Assembly (NCBI GenBank): GCA_046563655.1
Contig: CM102285.1
Location: forward strand, 10,044,001 to 10,108,000
Direction of reading: 5' to 3'
From: Yuukianura sp. NJ FZ-2021
Taxonomy: Eukaryota
DNA length: 64,000 nt
Shown here: in pieces, positions 51,009 to 64,000 of the stretch
How positions within the stretch are numbered: position 1 is the first letter of the stretch
Layout of the letters: each line of letters begins with the position of its first letter
The notes under the pieces: model-generated
Told to the model about the DNA's origin: nothing
Database searches by the model: none
Seen by the model: the letters and a program-made list of their open reading frames with translations, nothing else
Position numbers and translations under genes: made by a program

Positions 51009-51902
51009 CAAGATAAATCAATACGATCCCAAAGTTTCTTATACAATTTTTTTTTGCTTCATCTCATCACATATTACCGTATTGTCTCGCAGATACTGCG
51101 CTTTAGTGTATACATGTTTCATATCCTCAGAAACAAATAGTATAGCAGGCAAAATTTGGGTTAAAAATAGAATTAAAAATTAATATTAAACTAATTATTA
51201 AGAATTAGTGTGTTAAAGCGCATATAATTTAAGTTTGCTTTTAACTAAAAACACTTTTTTTAAATTTTCTTAAAATTCACTGATAACGCGCACTATTTGC
51301 GAAAAAATACGGTAAATGGAGTTACATTTCTAAAGCATTTTAGGTGTTGAATTTATTTGCTGAACAAGGAACGTGAACAAGGATGAAGTTCGGAGTGGAT
51401 AATATTTCGGGGGCTTTCTTCCATGTCAGTACTTGTGCGGAGATCCTATCATAGAAGCACTTCTTAGATGCTTGTCTCCTAATACTACACAGTGCATCCC
51501 AGCAGTTGCTGTTGTCTATAAATGGTGTTCTTGCTCTATAGTAATCTGAGATTTGCTGAAAACTGAACATTTCATGAATTCATTCTGCAAGGCTAAACGA
51601 AAAGAATTTTTGGAAGGAGGAAGGATGACACCGATGCCAAGAATAGGACAGGAGACTACGCTTTTTACTCAGAGAAGATTCGTCCCGGACCAAAATAATA
51701 CAGGGACGCCTCCTGAATTCCTGCGCCTGCGCGGTCCAAGGAATTCGGATCTACTAGCGCTGTTCTAAAAATTCTAGAACAGGGAGTTCTGCAGGGATCC
51801 TCCTCAATTCCCGTGGTCTGAGTCACAGTGAGCAGTGGAACTGAAAGTACTGCTGTGTTGGCTGTGGTGATTATTAGGACGGAGACCACTTTGCGGAGGT
51901 AG

Positions 51903-52009
51903 TTAGTTGGGACACACGTCATTGTCAGGACTGTCACTGCGAAGACCTCTTTCTCGGGGGTGGTTTCGGAACGTTATTTGGATTTTAATATAAGTTACCC
52001 AGGACCAAG
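51903..52009 (+). promoter_or_regulatory. Probable initiator and non-coding first exon of paramyosin
   Basis: Inr-like TTAGTT at 51903-51908; AAG|GTAGG donor at 52010; tttttgcAG acceptor at 52211-52212, 20 nt before the ATG. MEF2-consensus TTAAAAATAG upstream at 51161-51170. Confidence 0.45.
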
Positions 52010-52232
52010 GTAGGATTCATTTCTAATTCAATCCTTGCAGCGTAAAACCGAGGACTTTGAATATTCCATTTTTTGAAACACGAACGAATCGGTTGTGTTG
52101 TTGGCTCAAGCTACTTTTTTGAAACTGTTTGAAAAGCTGAAAAGTTTGAATTTTGAAAAGCTGAATTAATTTTTTGAGTTACTGAGTTAGTGGAGTTGAA
52201 TTGTTTTTGCAGTGCCAATTGCTGAAGGGAAA

Positions 52233-55200
52233 ATGGCTTCAATGGCGAAGCAAACGACAAAGAGCTATCATTACTCGAGCTCTGGTGGTGGACGCGGAGA
52301 CGCCAACGTTACGATCGAGTACTCCGCCGATCTCTCAAGCCTCCACCGTCTCGAAGTAAGTTTGGATTCAATTTTTTTAAAATATATTTTCCAAAAATCG
52401 AACCGAAGAATTTGGATTCCTAGCCTAGTCCTTCAAATCATCAAAATCGAAATTTCTCAGCGAAATTTTGAACGCATAAAACAGTGCCAAAATATGCAAT
52501 CGGATGTAAACGCAGAAAGTTGCCGGGTCTTTATACATTCCACTTTCGGTTTTTAGAAATGGAGCATCCGAAATACATGCGTTGAAGAAAAAAAAGTTTC
52601 AAATTTTTTTTTAGAAATTCAAAAAATTAAAATTTTTGTTGCTAAGCAACCCAAGTCATCTTCAGCCTACACCTGTCTTTCATCTTGCTTCCCATCTCTC
52701 AATCCTCCGTTTTTCTCTCCTTCCTCTGTATCTTTCCTCTGGAAAATTTTGAGAAGATGCCAAAAACCAAAATCTATTTAAAATCCTAATCTCACCTAGC
52801 GTCCCCCGGATTAGGTCCCAAACTTGTTCCTGTTTTAGATTTTTAAAATTGCCATGCTCAAATAACGGAAACCCTATGTTTAAAAAAACTACAACACCCG
52901 TGAGTTAAGAAACCTGGAGATTAAGATGACTGAAATCAATTTATTATTTTAGGACAAAATCCGACTTTTGCAAGATGATTTGGAATCGGAACGTGAAATT
53001 CGTCAAAGAGTAAGTAAAATTTCTCTTATGGCTTTTTTCTAGAAAGGAATTTGATATTTTAGTTTGTTAAGATATCGTCCATTACGCCTCAAAACTTTCA
53101 CTTTTGAATGAAGCGTGACTTGACGCTTGACGGAAAAATGAAGGAAGTAGAACTGTGTGCTGTCAATGTCATGTTTGCACTTCCCAAGCGCATGACGCAT
53201 GTCTGTCATTTTTAGTTTCGAACTTGCATTTCCCAATCTAATTTTATTTTTAAACACTGAAATTCAATTCCTATGATTAAGTGGATGTTGTCAATCTCAG
53301 GGCTCACTTTCGGAAGAAAAAGAATTATGGAGTATTGCCAAAAACTTTTTTTTCACACTTTAAAGTTTTGGAATAAATTCGGATTGATTTGGAATGATAT
53401 CATCGTAGGCGTGAGTCAGTAGACAAAATAAAGTTCTACTTTTACGATTTAGTGAGCAAAGCATTCGAATGTATCCAGCATAACCATAAAGTATACTACA
53501 CAAGTATATATATTTGCATTCGTTTTTGTTTCAAGATAACGTATAGTTTATATTTAAAAATAAATTCGGGAAGAGATTTTTTTCGGCTCGACAGCTACTA
53601 AAACCAAGCCTAAGAAACGAAAACGAGCCTTTGCGTTTGTGGGCGAAAGCGCATCGTGCCAGTTTTATTTTTTATTTGCCGTAAAATCAAAGCGAACCGA
53701 GATTTATCGAGGCGACGCCCCTATTGGATTAGATTTGGAAAGTAAAAATGTTGGACTGTAGAAATATCTTAGACATGTCAACCTACGCATGGCTTTAAGA
53801 GTCAACGAACTTTATGATTCTATGATATCTCTAAGCTAGTTTTTTAAACAAGTTTGTTTTAATATAAAAATTAATATTTTAAATATTTGCATTGTCAGAT
53901 TGAACGAGAGAAGGCTGATCTGAGCGTCCAGGTTATCCAGTTGCAGGAGCGACTGGAGGAGGCTGAATGTGGTGTTGAGGGACAAGTAAGTTTGAAATCT
54001 AAGATTTTCTTTTAAATATTACAAAAGTTGAATTATCTGAAATAATTTTACATTTTATTGTTTTAGTTTGTTATTAACAAAAAGCGAGATGAGGAACTGG
54101 CCAAACTCCGACGACTTCTGGAGGATGTCCATCTTGAATCAGAAGAAACCGCGACAATTCTTAGGAAGAAGCACCAGGAAGCTATTGCTGACTACCAAGA
54201 TCAACTGGATCAAGTTGCCAAATCAAAAGGAAGGTAACCATCACCTTCATGTTTTACTTTACTTCCAGTTTTTATAAACTCTGCTTAAGGAAATGTTAGT
54301 TTTGAAACCATAATACCAAGTTTTGTCACACCAATTACTAGCGTAGTGAAAGTGAGTTATGGCTCTTCTCCATTGGTGAATCTCTTCCAACTGATAGAAG
54401 TGAATCGAATCTTTCAAAGGGAAATCTAATTTTAGACTTTTGAATCTCTCAACGCCAAGAGTTTAGTTTACTTTTCTGCTTAAAGGGTGGTAACAGTTAC
54501 GCTACTTTTCCTTTTAGAGATCTCCGATTCTGCTACATAACTATTATTTAGTCTGTCACTATTTCCTTCGACAGCCGCATTTTCCTTAAAATGACTTCCC
54601 ACTTTCTTAGAAACTGTTTTAAAAACGACTTTGGAATTTCAGCGAAGCCTGAAAAAAATGTTGTTGATGAATTTTCATGCAGAACATTCTATTTTTGCAG
54701 AGCTGAAAAAGAAAAGCAGAAGTTGCAGCAAGAAGTTTTTGAACTGATGTCCCAAGTTGAGTCAGTCAACAAGGAAAAGGTGAAAATGAAGATCCAAATT
54801 CTTAACTGAAATTTGAAAATTATGAGTTATGATTAATTTTACACCAAAACTGATTTTTATGAATTCGGATCAAACCTATGATTTCCACTTTACAGCTTAT
54901 TAGCGATTCGATTTTGCAAACTATAGCGGGATTTTGACTAAAATTTTAATACTTTTTCAAAATATAGTTGATCAGCATCAAACAAGTCGAGAAGTTGGAA
55001 ATCGTTGTGCATGAGCTGAACATTAAGATTGAAGAATTGCACCGAACTGTCTCCGATGTCCAAAGTTCCAAACAACGCATCTCTACAGTACTCTTTTATA
55101 AAATGTTAAAACAAAATATCGAAATTGGAGAGTAAAAGTTATTGACCTTTGACCTGTTCTTAGGAAAACATCCAATTGACCAAGGAGGTTCAAGAACTCA

Positions 55201-58200
55201 AAGTATCCATTGAGAACGTAACTTACTTGCGAACGCAAGCCTTGACGCAACTGGATGACGCTCGCCGACGCCTTGAAGATGAAGATCGACGACGAGCTAC
55301 GTTGGAAAGCAATTTACATTCAGTCGAAATGGAATTGGAATCTTGCCGAGTCCAACTCGAGGAAGAGTCCGAAGCTCGCTTGGACCTTGAGAGACAACTT
55401 CAGAAGTCAAATGCTGACGCTCAACTGTTCAAATCTAAATACGAAACTGAAGTTCATGCTCGAGCTGAGGAAATTGAAGAAATTCGGTAAATTGATGCAA
55501 CCATCGACGTTTTTGGTTTCCCCAAAATTTATTTTCTCAATTTTTAACTTTTTCTTATTCATTCCAGACGCAAGTTCCACATTCGAATTTCCGAACAAGA
55601 AGAGCAGATTGAGTCGCTTATGGCCAAATGTGTTGCACTTGAGAAGCAAAAGTCTCGTCTCCAGAGTGAAGTCGAAGTGCTCATCATTGATTTGGAGAAG
55701 GCCAATGGAACGGCTCGCGAGCTTCAAAAACGTGTTGAGCAACTCGAACGCATCAATGCTGACCTGAAGGCCAAATTAGACGAATTGGCTGCTCTATACG
55801 AAGCTTCTCAACGCGACAACCGAGCCAAGCAGCAACAAATTCAACAATTGACGCACGAATTGGACAAAACTCGTGAAGCTCGAGACTTCTTGGCCCGTGA
55901 GAACAAGAAAATCAGCGATGAGCTCCACGATACCAAAACTTCTCTCAGCGAAATCAATCGTCGCTATCACGAACTCGAACTGGAGTGTCGCAGACTCGAA
56001 AATGAGCGTGAAGAACTCACTGCTGCTTACCGTGAGGCCGAAGCGGTACGAACGTCTTCATCTTTTTTTTTTTAAATTTTGCAATCTTTTTGGAATTGAA
56101 GCATTTTCAACTCAAAATTTTTGACATTTTGTGTTTTCAACTTAACAGGGCAGAAAAGCTGAAGAGCAACGCGCACAACGTTTGGCTGCTGATTTGGCTC
56201 AATATCGTCATGAGATGGAACGCCGTCTCCAAGAAAAGGAAGAAGAAATTGAGGCTATTCGGTAATTTGCCATTTTTTTCAGTTTTTCCTATTTTGCTCG
56301 GATAATTTAGATACAATGCCTTTAGCAGACGCCTAGAATTCAAGTGCTAACGCTTTTAAACACTTCAGAAAAAGCTTGGCCTCAATTTCCTACCCCAAGG
56401 CCACTACCGCACTTGACCCGACCTTAATTTTGAACACATATGGTTTTTTAAAGCGCTGTCGATACGTTCTGGTTCACAAAGTCCAAAAATCCTAAAATTC
56501 AAAGATAGCACGCACAATCTGCATTTGGCACCAGCTAAAAGCTGAGATCTCTGCGCCAAACAGTTTCATTCCTCGTGCAGTTCATTATTTTGCTAAGATG
56601 GCGGCGGCAAAAGCGCGAAAGGTCATGGGGTTCATCCTGAAAAAAATTGATTCCTATGTAGCTCGTGCCTTAAACGGTTGATCCTGCCGTTCCTTGCCGT
56701 AGAAATGCGACATGCTAAAATTACATCAGGAAGGAGACACACGTTTTGTTCATCTAGAGAGATACTCAAGAATTTGGCACACAGATCTGCAACAAACTCC
56801 GATTTCGCAAAGCGTTTCAGATGCTTCTTGTTTTCCATTTCAATTCAGCAGGCATCTGGTTTCTATTTTATCTCGTCGTTTGAGCGTGCAGACCACAATT
56901 TCCTAGACACGCTTTACGATGGTCTACAGTTGTCTAATTCCTGTGGTAGATGAAGTATCTTTTTCAGTTGTTGTGTGTAGTTCAGTGAAAGCGAAGCATG
57001 AACAGCAGTAAACTGTAGGACAACTTAGGGCCTTAAGGCCGCATCTTCAACATGGCTGGCACTTCAGCGATGGCTCTCATCGCTGCGTCCTGTTGGGAAT
57101 CGCAGCAACAAAAAGAGACTCAGCCCCAGCGAGCGCAGCGTCGTCATGTTAGATCGGCCTCTTCAATGTACGAAGACAACTTCCGATATGGGTTCAACGT
57201 CTACCAGCCAATGATCGACTACTTGGACAAGAAACTAAGCGGCTTGTCAACATCGGCTGACCAAAAGCCGCATCTACCTTACTCTGACGAAATGGCTCTC
57301 ACTAGTAGTCACAGTCCGCGAAGAGTCAATTCATACACGAAATCACAAATACAACAAGTGGTAGACAAAGCTGCTGAACGTGGGCGAAGTCAGCTTAAAG
57401 TTAGCCAAAGTCTATCATCGAGAATTCCAATTGAGGTCAAAGGGCATTCTAGCCTCGAGCGAGCCAAAGCTTCTGCCTTTAGTTCTTCCTTGAGCCAGCA
57501 GTATTCCTTAGGAAAGGGGTCACTGCTCAGGGAGGTCATGTCTAGTTCTTTGGTTTTAGACGCAGGGAGGTCACGCAGCAGGGTTCACTTTGAAGATGCT
57601 GGGTCACAATCACAACAAATCGGGTCATATGTATCAGGCATGCACATTTCATCGACTGTGCCCCATAGACGGACGCGGTCATTTGGAGGGTTTCCACGTC
57701 TAAAGGAAGCGGAGACTCCAAGTACTTCGAATGTCGCTGACTTTTCAAGCAGTACAATTGACAGGCACAAAAAGTATAAGTTGCTGCCTTTTAAAACGTT
57801 TGAGCCATCAGGTCAAACCGCAGCAGGGTCAACTGCAGTAGCGCTAGCGTCAACTAAAACGGCTCCAAATGAGGAATTGTTGTTTTTCCAGGGTCAATGG
57901 TAAACATTCAATGGTTGAATTTCAAAAATCTAAGTTTAGGTTTAAATTTTCGAAATTTCGAAAATTTTAACCCAAAGTAACTAAAAGTGTTCAGTGATGA
58001 GATTTGTATCATAACCTAGAAATCGAAATAGTTAACTAAATTTGTTTCTATTTTTTCAGTAAACAAATGGCTATTGAAATTGAGCAACTGAACTCTCGTC
58101 TCGTCGAAGCTGAAACACGATTGAAGACGGAAGTCCAGCGAATCAAGAAGAAGTTCCAGATTCAAATTACAGAAATGGAAATGTCGTTGGATGTCGCCAA

Positions 58201-59512
58201 CAAAACGAACATCAGCCTTCAGCAAACGATCAAGAAACAATCAATCCAAATTAACGTAACGTTCAGAATTTTTAGAAGTGAAAACATGAGATTTTAAAAA
58301 TTAATTTTTTAAATTGATTTGATTTCAGGAACTCCAAGTCCACTACGAAGAAACTCAGCGTCAACTTCAAATTGCTTTGGATCAATATGGTGCCGCTCAG
58401 CGCAGAGCCAATGCACTTCAAGCAGAACTGGAGGAAGTCCGAAGCTCACTCGAGGCTGTTCGTGATTTCATTTTTTAACTGGCTAGATTTCTGCTCTTGG
58501 GGGAAATTAGATTTGAATTTTTTGAATTTCAGGCTTTGAGGGCTCGGCGCGTGGCTGAACAACTCTGTGAAGAAGCTCAAGGACGAGTGAATGAACTGAC
58601 CACCATCAACATCAACCTTGCTTCAGCCAAGACAAAGATTGAACAAGAACTTTCAATTCTCAGCTCAGACTATGATGAAGTTTCTAAGGAATTGAAGGTA
58701 AGAATGTCACTGTGAAGCCAACCTATTTAAAAATAAACATTGAGTTATGGAGTTCCTCGATTCTGTTTTAGATGGCTGATGATCGCTTCCAAAAAGCTCA
58801 ATCCGAATTGGTCCGAACAGTTGAAATTCTTCACGAGGAGCAGGAACGCATCGTTAAAATTGAAAGTATTAAGAAGACACTGGAAATTGAAGTGAAGAAC
58901 TTGACTGTTCGATTGGAAGAGGTTGAAACGAATGCTCTTGTGGGAGGAAAGAGAATCATTTCCAAATTGGAAGCTAGAGTAAGTTAGAGTTTCGAAATCA
59001 GCATTTTCCAAAATGCTACAATTTTTTTTGAGAATTTCAGCTCCGAGATTTGGAACTTGAATTGGACGAAGAGAAGCGACGACATGCCGAAACGACCAAA
59101 ATCCTACGCAAGAAGGAACGCAGCGTCAAGGAACTCATGATGCAAGTTGAGGAAGATCAAACCAGCGTCACTCTTCTGCAGGAAGCTCTTGACAAAGTCG
59201 GACAGAAAGCCAATGCTTACAAGAGGCAGTTGCAAGAAATGGTAATCGGTTACTTCAATTTTTCAATTGATCAAATCGTATTTTGGCGCTTAAATTTTGA
59301 TTACCTCACAGGAGAGCGTCTCTGCCACCAGTGTCACCCGAGTCCGACGCTGTCAGCGTGAATTGGAAGCTGCAGAGGAGAGAGCCGAGGCTGCCGAGAG
59401 TAACTTACATCTTATCCGAGCCAAACATCGATCCTTCGTGACCTCCTCCGTCACTCCAGGTCAAACAGGTCAAATGTACGTCGTACAAGAGACGAGAACA
59501 ACCGAGTACTAA
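52233..59512 (+). CDS. Prm: Paramyosin, long form (881 aa)
   Basis: Exons 52233-52355, 52953-53009, 53899-53985, 54067-54233, 54701-54779, 54968-55087, 55164-55486, 55568-56045, 56149-56261, 58060-58255, 58329-58457, 58533-58697, 58772-58978, 59041-59241, 59312-59512 (2646 nt, in frame). Short non-helical head, then [18 protein letters not shown]...; myosin-rod-like coiled coil ending [12 protein letters not shown]; no motor domain. Confidence 0.96.
56964..56969 (+). promoter_or_regulatory. Candidate initiator (TCAGTT) of the internal miniparamyosin promoter
   Basis: Arthropod Inr consensus 88 nt upstream of caacATGg at 57052; E-boxes CAGATG (~56818), CATCTG (~56853) and CAGTTG (~56927) just upstream. 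Confidence 0.35.
57052..57899 (+). CDS. Prm: Miniparamyosin-specific alternative first coding exon (paramyosin short form, 648 aa when joined to exons 58060-59512)
   Basis: 283-codon ORF inside intron 56262-58059. Ends TG|GTAAAC in phase 2, matching the phase-2 acceptor at 58060 (T AAA CAA ATG). This is the EIEAIR|KQ junction at which the insect miniparamyosin exon joins. Confidence 0.85.
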
Positions 59513-59835
59513 ACACGGCACACTCAACTTAATTCTTACCTTGTAAAAAAATCAAGTCAGTTGACCGTTTGTGACAGTCCTGTTAAAGATCCCAACAAAA
59601 ACTACGCCTACTGATCATCTTCTGCTGGTCCTGTCGCTTCCTTAATTTGTTTTGTTAGAGTGAACGAATTGTCAATTAAAAGTTCTTCGGCATAAGTTAT
59701 CCAAAAATGCTTTGATTTCAATCGGTGCTCTCATTTTCAAAAAAAGTTTGGAGCTTTTCGATCAAATTGTGCCAAAATTTTAAACATTTGTGTTCAAATT
59801 GTTCTAAACCTCGAGCCCACCTTGGCCAGATCTGG

Positions 59836-60171
59836 AATAAATCTCAATTTTATTGTAACCAGTGTAACCTCTTACTTTTAAGCTTTACCCTTTAAGCGTA
59901 ACCTTTGACCCACAGTGTGAATTATTTAATTTGAAGATTGTTTAGCTTACAAAGTATGGAAAGCCCTTATCAGACTATCCTGCCACTTAACACCTAGCGC
60001 TATAGCGTTTAAGCTTTTAGATTTATGCCAATTTCGTGTTCAAGACACGAAAACTTGCCACAAGTGCCTTTAGTCGTGCTAAAATTTGTCAGTTGTGTAC
60101 TGTTGCAAATTCTATACTAAAGAAATGAAATTACTAAAGTATTGACCTAATGAGAGTAAATACTAAATAAA
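59836..60171 (+). terminator. Two putative polyadenylation signals of paramyosin
   Basis: AATAAA at 59836-59841 and 60166-60171. Confidence 0.45.
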
Positions 60172-63100
60172 ATGTAAAAATTTTGAAAACTAGAGAGAAA
60201 GTATTGACGAGGAATGACGAATTTTTGAAATTACGAAGTATCATTTAGTCCTGAATTTTCGTTTTTAGTGCCTACCATCCGCATTGTAGCTTTGATGTGT
60301 AATGAATCAATATTTTTTTGAGTTGAAGTGACGGTGGTGGGACAGGTATCCTTTTGTAGTGAAAATGACGAAGGAGGGGAAAGTTACAATGGAAAAGGCC
60401 TCGGTTGTTTGGAAAAGTTCTGGCACCACGCCTCGACTGCTCCTTTTGCCTCTGCCCTTCACACAAAATAGGATGACATCCTTCGGCACGTGGCACTTCG
60501 GAGCCCTTAATTCCACTGGCAGACGCTCAGAGTCATTCTGAACATCCACTTCCAAATGGATTTCCACTTGGAACGGAGATGATGCAGCCTAGGAACAAGA
60601 ATTGACCTTTGACAGGCGTAAATGACTTGCATCATGCAACCTGCTTTAACAAAACTTCTCACTAAAACAACCAGTACACTTCCAAAAAAGTAATGGCACA
60701 AATCCTACAAAAAAAAAGAATCCAACTGTGTGAAAATGAACTTCAGAAGCATTTAACAGAAATAGGTTAGTATTATTTGTTGTTAACTTCGAAGCAGGTG
60801 AGTGAAAGCAGAAAAACTTTGACGTTGTATAGTTTAGGATGCATCAAAAAAAATTGTGCTTGGATTTGCTAATCATTATCAAGTGACAGTTCCGTTTTCA
60901 CCAATTCATTTTCGTTACTATGTTTCACTCTCTCAGCTTGTCAGAAATTGAAGAGTTTCCGGAAAATGCTGTGGGAAGGAAATAGGAATTGAATCTTGGC
61001 CTTCCTTTTCATTTCTTACTTTAGCTTCACATGCAAATGCAAAAAAGTACAATGAAACTGGGGAAGGAATCAAGGAAATCCTGAATAGTTTCCATATTGG
61101 CATAATTTCTGTTTCTGCAACACCCAATTTATGACAGAAAAGCACAAAGTTGGTTTAAAATTGTCTCCTAAGACTCAACACACTCTCCAACGTAACTTTC
61201 TCCACTTCTTAAACTCAACTTTTGCATTATCTGAGTTAGAAATCTGTTTGGTGGTGCTGATGATGGTGGCAAGTGGAATGAAATATTGTGGGGTCGTTAT
61301 CTGAGCTAGACGAGAGATCACTTTCTTTTCAATTGAATCACTTTCACTTTCCCTATCCCTCGCTCCTCCAATAGGCATCGAGCATCCCACTTTCCCCGTT
61401 TTCGCTGTTTGGAGAAATGGGGAAAGTGGGATGCTCAAGCCCCATTCTCCCAAAGACAGCCAATCCCTCTCCGCTCTTCTTCTGGTAGAACCATTTTTAC
61501 AAAAGAGGGAAAGTGCCCATGTCAAAGTCAAAAGGTTTTTTTCTCACTTTGCGCGTCTTTCTGTGCTAAGAGGGACAGAAAACTCTACTGAAAGAAATTC
61601 TGGATCAAACAAAAATTAAAGTCTTTGAGTAGAGGTCAAAGAAACTTTTGACTATTGACATGAATTTTAGTTCAAGTCCAATTCAATTGAATTTGTTTCT
61701 TGTAAATTTCTCATTTCAAGTAGAACTTGAGTGTCACACTTCTTAAAAATTGAAGATGATTCCTTGTTTTATATTTCAATACTTAATTTTGGGGGATTGT
61801 GATTTTTCTGGAATGGAATTCATGTTAGCAAGCATTGAGAAGTAAATTAACGGAAAGCTTTACTTTTCCCTTCATTCAGAGTGGAGATATCAAGTATCAG
61901 ATTCGTATCTTTCCTCACTTCCACTAGTGAAAATGGAGAAAACGAAAAAGTCAAGCTAGGAGAAAGTGTTTTCTGTATACCAACAGCAAAACAAAGTCTG
62001 AAAGTCTAAACGTAAAAACAAAGGAGAGAAAGCGAGTTTTTCTGTAAGAAAATACGAAGAAAGTGGTTTTGGTCTTAAGAAATTGAAGACAGAATGGATT
62101 TTGTTTTCGACTAAGGAAAGAATAGCGTAGTGAAAGTAAGCTAGAGAGAGTCCTAATTATTATACGAAGGGAAGGGAGTGTTCCGTGGGTGGAGTTGCGA
62201 GATGAAGCTCCTCTTCCCGGGCTCTTTTCTCCCGTCGACTACCGTGGCCACTGCCCTAGTCTCTGTTGGCGTCGTTGCAAAGGCTCCCACGTTCAGGTTC
62301 TGCTGTGTTGTGTGTATTTTTTAAACTAAAGGTTTCAACTGTGACTTTCTACGACTAACACTACTGGCTTCCCAGAAGAAATTGGAACCATATTCAGGAA
62401 GAACGGAACAGGAAGGACGTACTTGTCCTCGACGGACGTTTGCAGGAAGTTGAAAGAGTTTCCTTCTGTCGGTGCATTATCAACACTCTACCAAATTACT
62501 ACACCACCAAAGACGAAATCATTTCCCTAATCGAAACATCGTCACACAACTTCAAAGTTCCTTGTGCTTTCTCCACTCACTTCTCACAGTAAGGTAAAAA
62601 CCATATTCTAATTCTTGTTTCTACAAAAACTTTCACTAGACGAGGTCAAATTGGCAAGTAGGGAAACCTGTAACTTAGGCTAGAGAAAGCTTTGGTGCGT
62701 TGAGTCAAAGAAAATGTGTGCGTTTGCATGAATAGATTTAAAGTAAGATTGGAGTGATGCGTGTTTGTTAAAGCCGACGGCTATTTCCGCAGGATGCGGG
62801 CACACTACTTTCACTTGTAGCCGGAAGTGAAAGGGCTCCCCGTCCAGGAAAACCTGGATCCTTATGATAGGAACTCTGATGGTTATCGTGATGAAATAAT
62901 TTTACATTCCAAGGTCTTATTTTGTCTACCTATAAAGAGGATTATAATGGTTAAGGAATAAGGAAAGAACGCTTTTCAATTCAAACTTCCTTCCTCACCA
63001 TCGATTTCTCTGGATATATCAATTAATCGTAGCTTACACATCCCAGATTCAGTACAGTCATGTTCAATTCAATTAGATTTACATCAGGTTATGTTTGTGT

Positions 63101-64000
63101 ATGAGTAAAAGTAAGTTGGGTTTGCCAGAAAGCTGGAATTTGAGGAGAAATTGCCAAAATTGTCTAACTTCTTTAGATATTGAAATCTAGAAGATCTCGT
63201 GAGCTTTAAAAGTAAAATTGACGTTCTGGTAAAATGCTAAAACTTAAACCAGGACTGAAGTACTGCAATTTTGAACCCGCCAATTGCCCCGTTGGTTGTT
63301 TTCCTAATTGGCACTGTTAAGTACTGCTTAGGATTTGAATAGAAGCTGACGTGAGTATGGTCTGTATTATTCCATAGTGAAAGTAGTGAAAGTGTGTGTG
63401 GGTGTTGCGCTTGAGGTTGGGTTAAGTTTTGGTTACGTGGGTATTAGGGTAATAATTTTGAGTGTAATAGGAATATAATAAGGGGAAAGTAGTCCAGTTA
63501 CCTCCAAGTCTAGCAATAGCCTTGGTTTTATGGAGGATAATCGACTGAATGGGCATGTCAAGGTGACATTTTTCATTTTGAGTGTTGAGACACCTTTCAC
63601 TTAAGGCTGACCTCAGGGAAAAGCTCACAAAGCACCTGAAACATTCACATAACCTAGCAAAACTGGTTCTAAAACTTAGAAATGATAACTTATAAAATGA
63701 TTGTTAGGCTAACTAGAAATATTGATTTAGAAATGGAACTTTCGTTTGAATTTGAATGCACTTGAAGGAAGTATTTCACTGTCAAAAAGAAGTCTAGCAG
63801 TCATTAATTTGTGTTTGTTCTCTTAGGTTTAAAAAACTGCCAAAGACTTTCATAAATTTGTATGGAGAAAGTTTGGTATATTGGATCGCATGTGCAATGC
63901 AGTGCCGTGACAGGTCGCAAGTTGCAACTCCCTACTTTGTCTTTTTTGACAGCAAATCTCACTGCATCACGCACCAAAACCCTTAATGAATTGTTTTACA

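Noticed and set aside
52233..59512. Myosin heavy chain
   Set aside because: No motor domain; 881-aa length and both termini match paramyosin.
60272..60701. Overlapping short minus-strand ORFs as a last coding exon
   Set aside because: No recognisable domain in any frame and no upstream partner exon identified.

Overview
Eukaryotic, AT-rich, intron-containing genomic DNA from an invertebrate, most likely an arthropod. There are no prokaryotic operons, CRISPR arrays or recognisable rRNA/tRNA genes. Four genes can be assembled from GT-AG exons. (1) The 3' part of mind bomb 1 (mib1; ankyrin repeats plus 3 RING fingers; +; 11858-20645), preceded by an intron of at least 11.8 kb. (2) A complete LRP1-type lipoprotein receptor of about 80 exons (-; 45504-23624). 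(3) VPS4 (+; 48652-50446; 440 aa). (4) Paramyosin (+; 52233-59512; 881 aa), with an internal alternative first exon (57052-57899) giving miniparamyosin (648 aa). Three non-autonomous mobile or palindromic elements were found by eye: a ~1.3 kb foldback-like palindrome between the convergent mib1 and LRP1 3' ends, a 673-bp MITE with a 9-bp TSD, and a 418-bp Helitron; the last two are in LRP1 introns. The two best leads are a flightin WYR-like motif in the miniparamyosin-specific exon, and a candidate antisense muscle-type promoter (MEF2/E-boxes) with a spliced small ORF at the 3' end of the mib1 intron that hosts miR-1/miR-133 in vertebrates. All comparisons to other species are from recalled sequences, not database searches.
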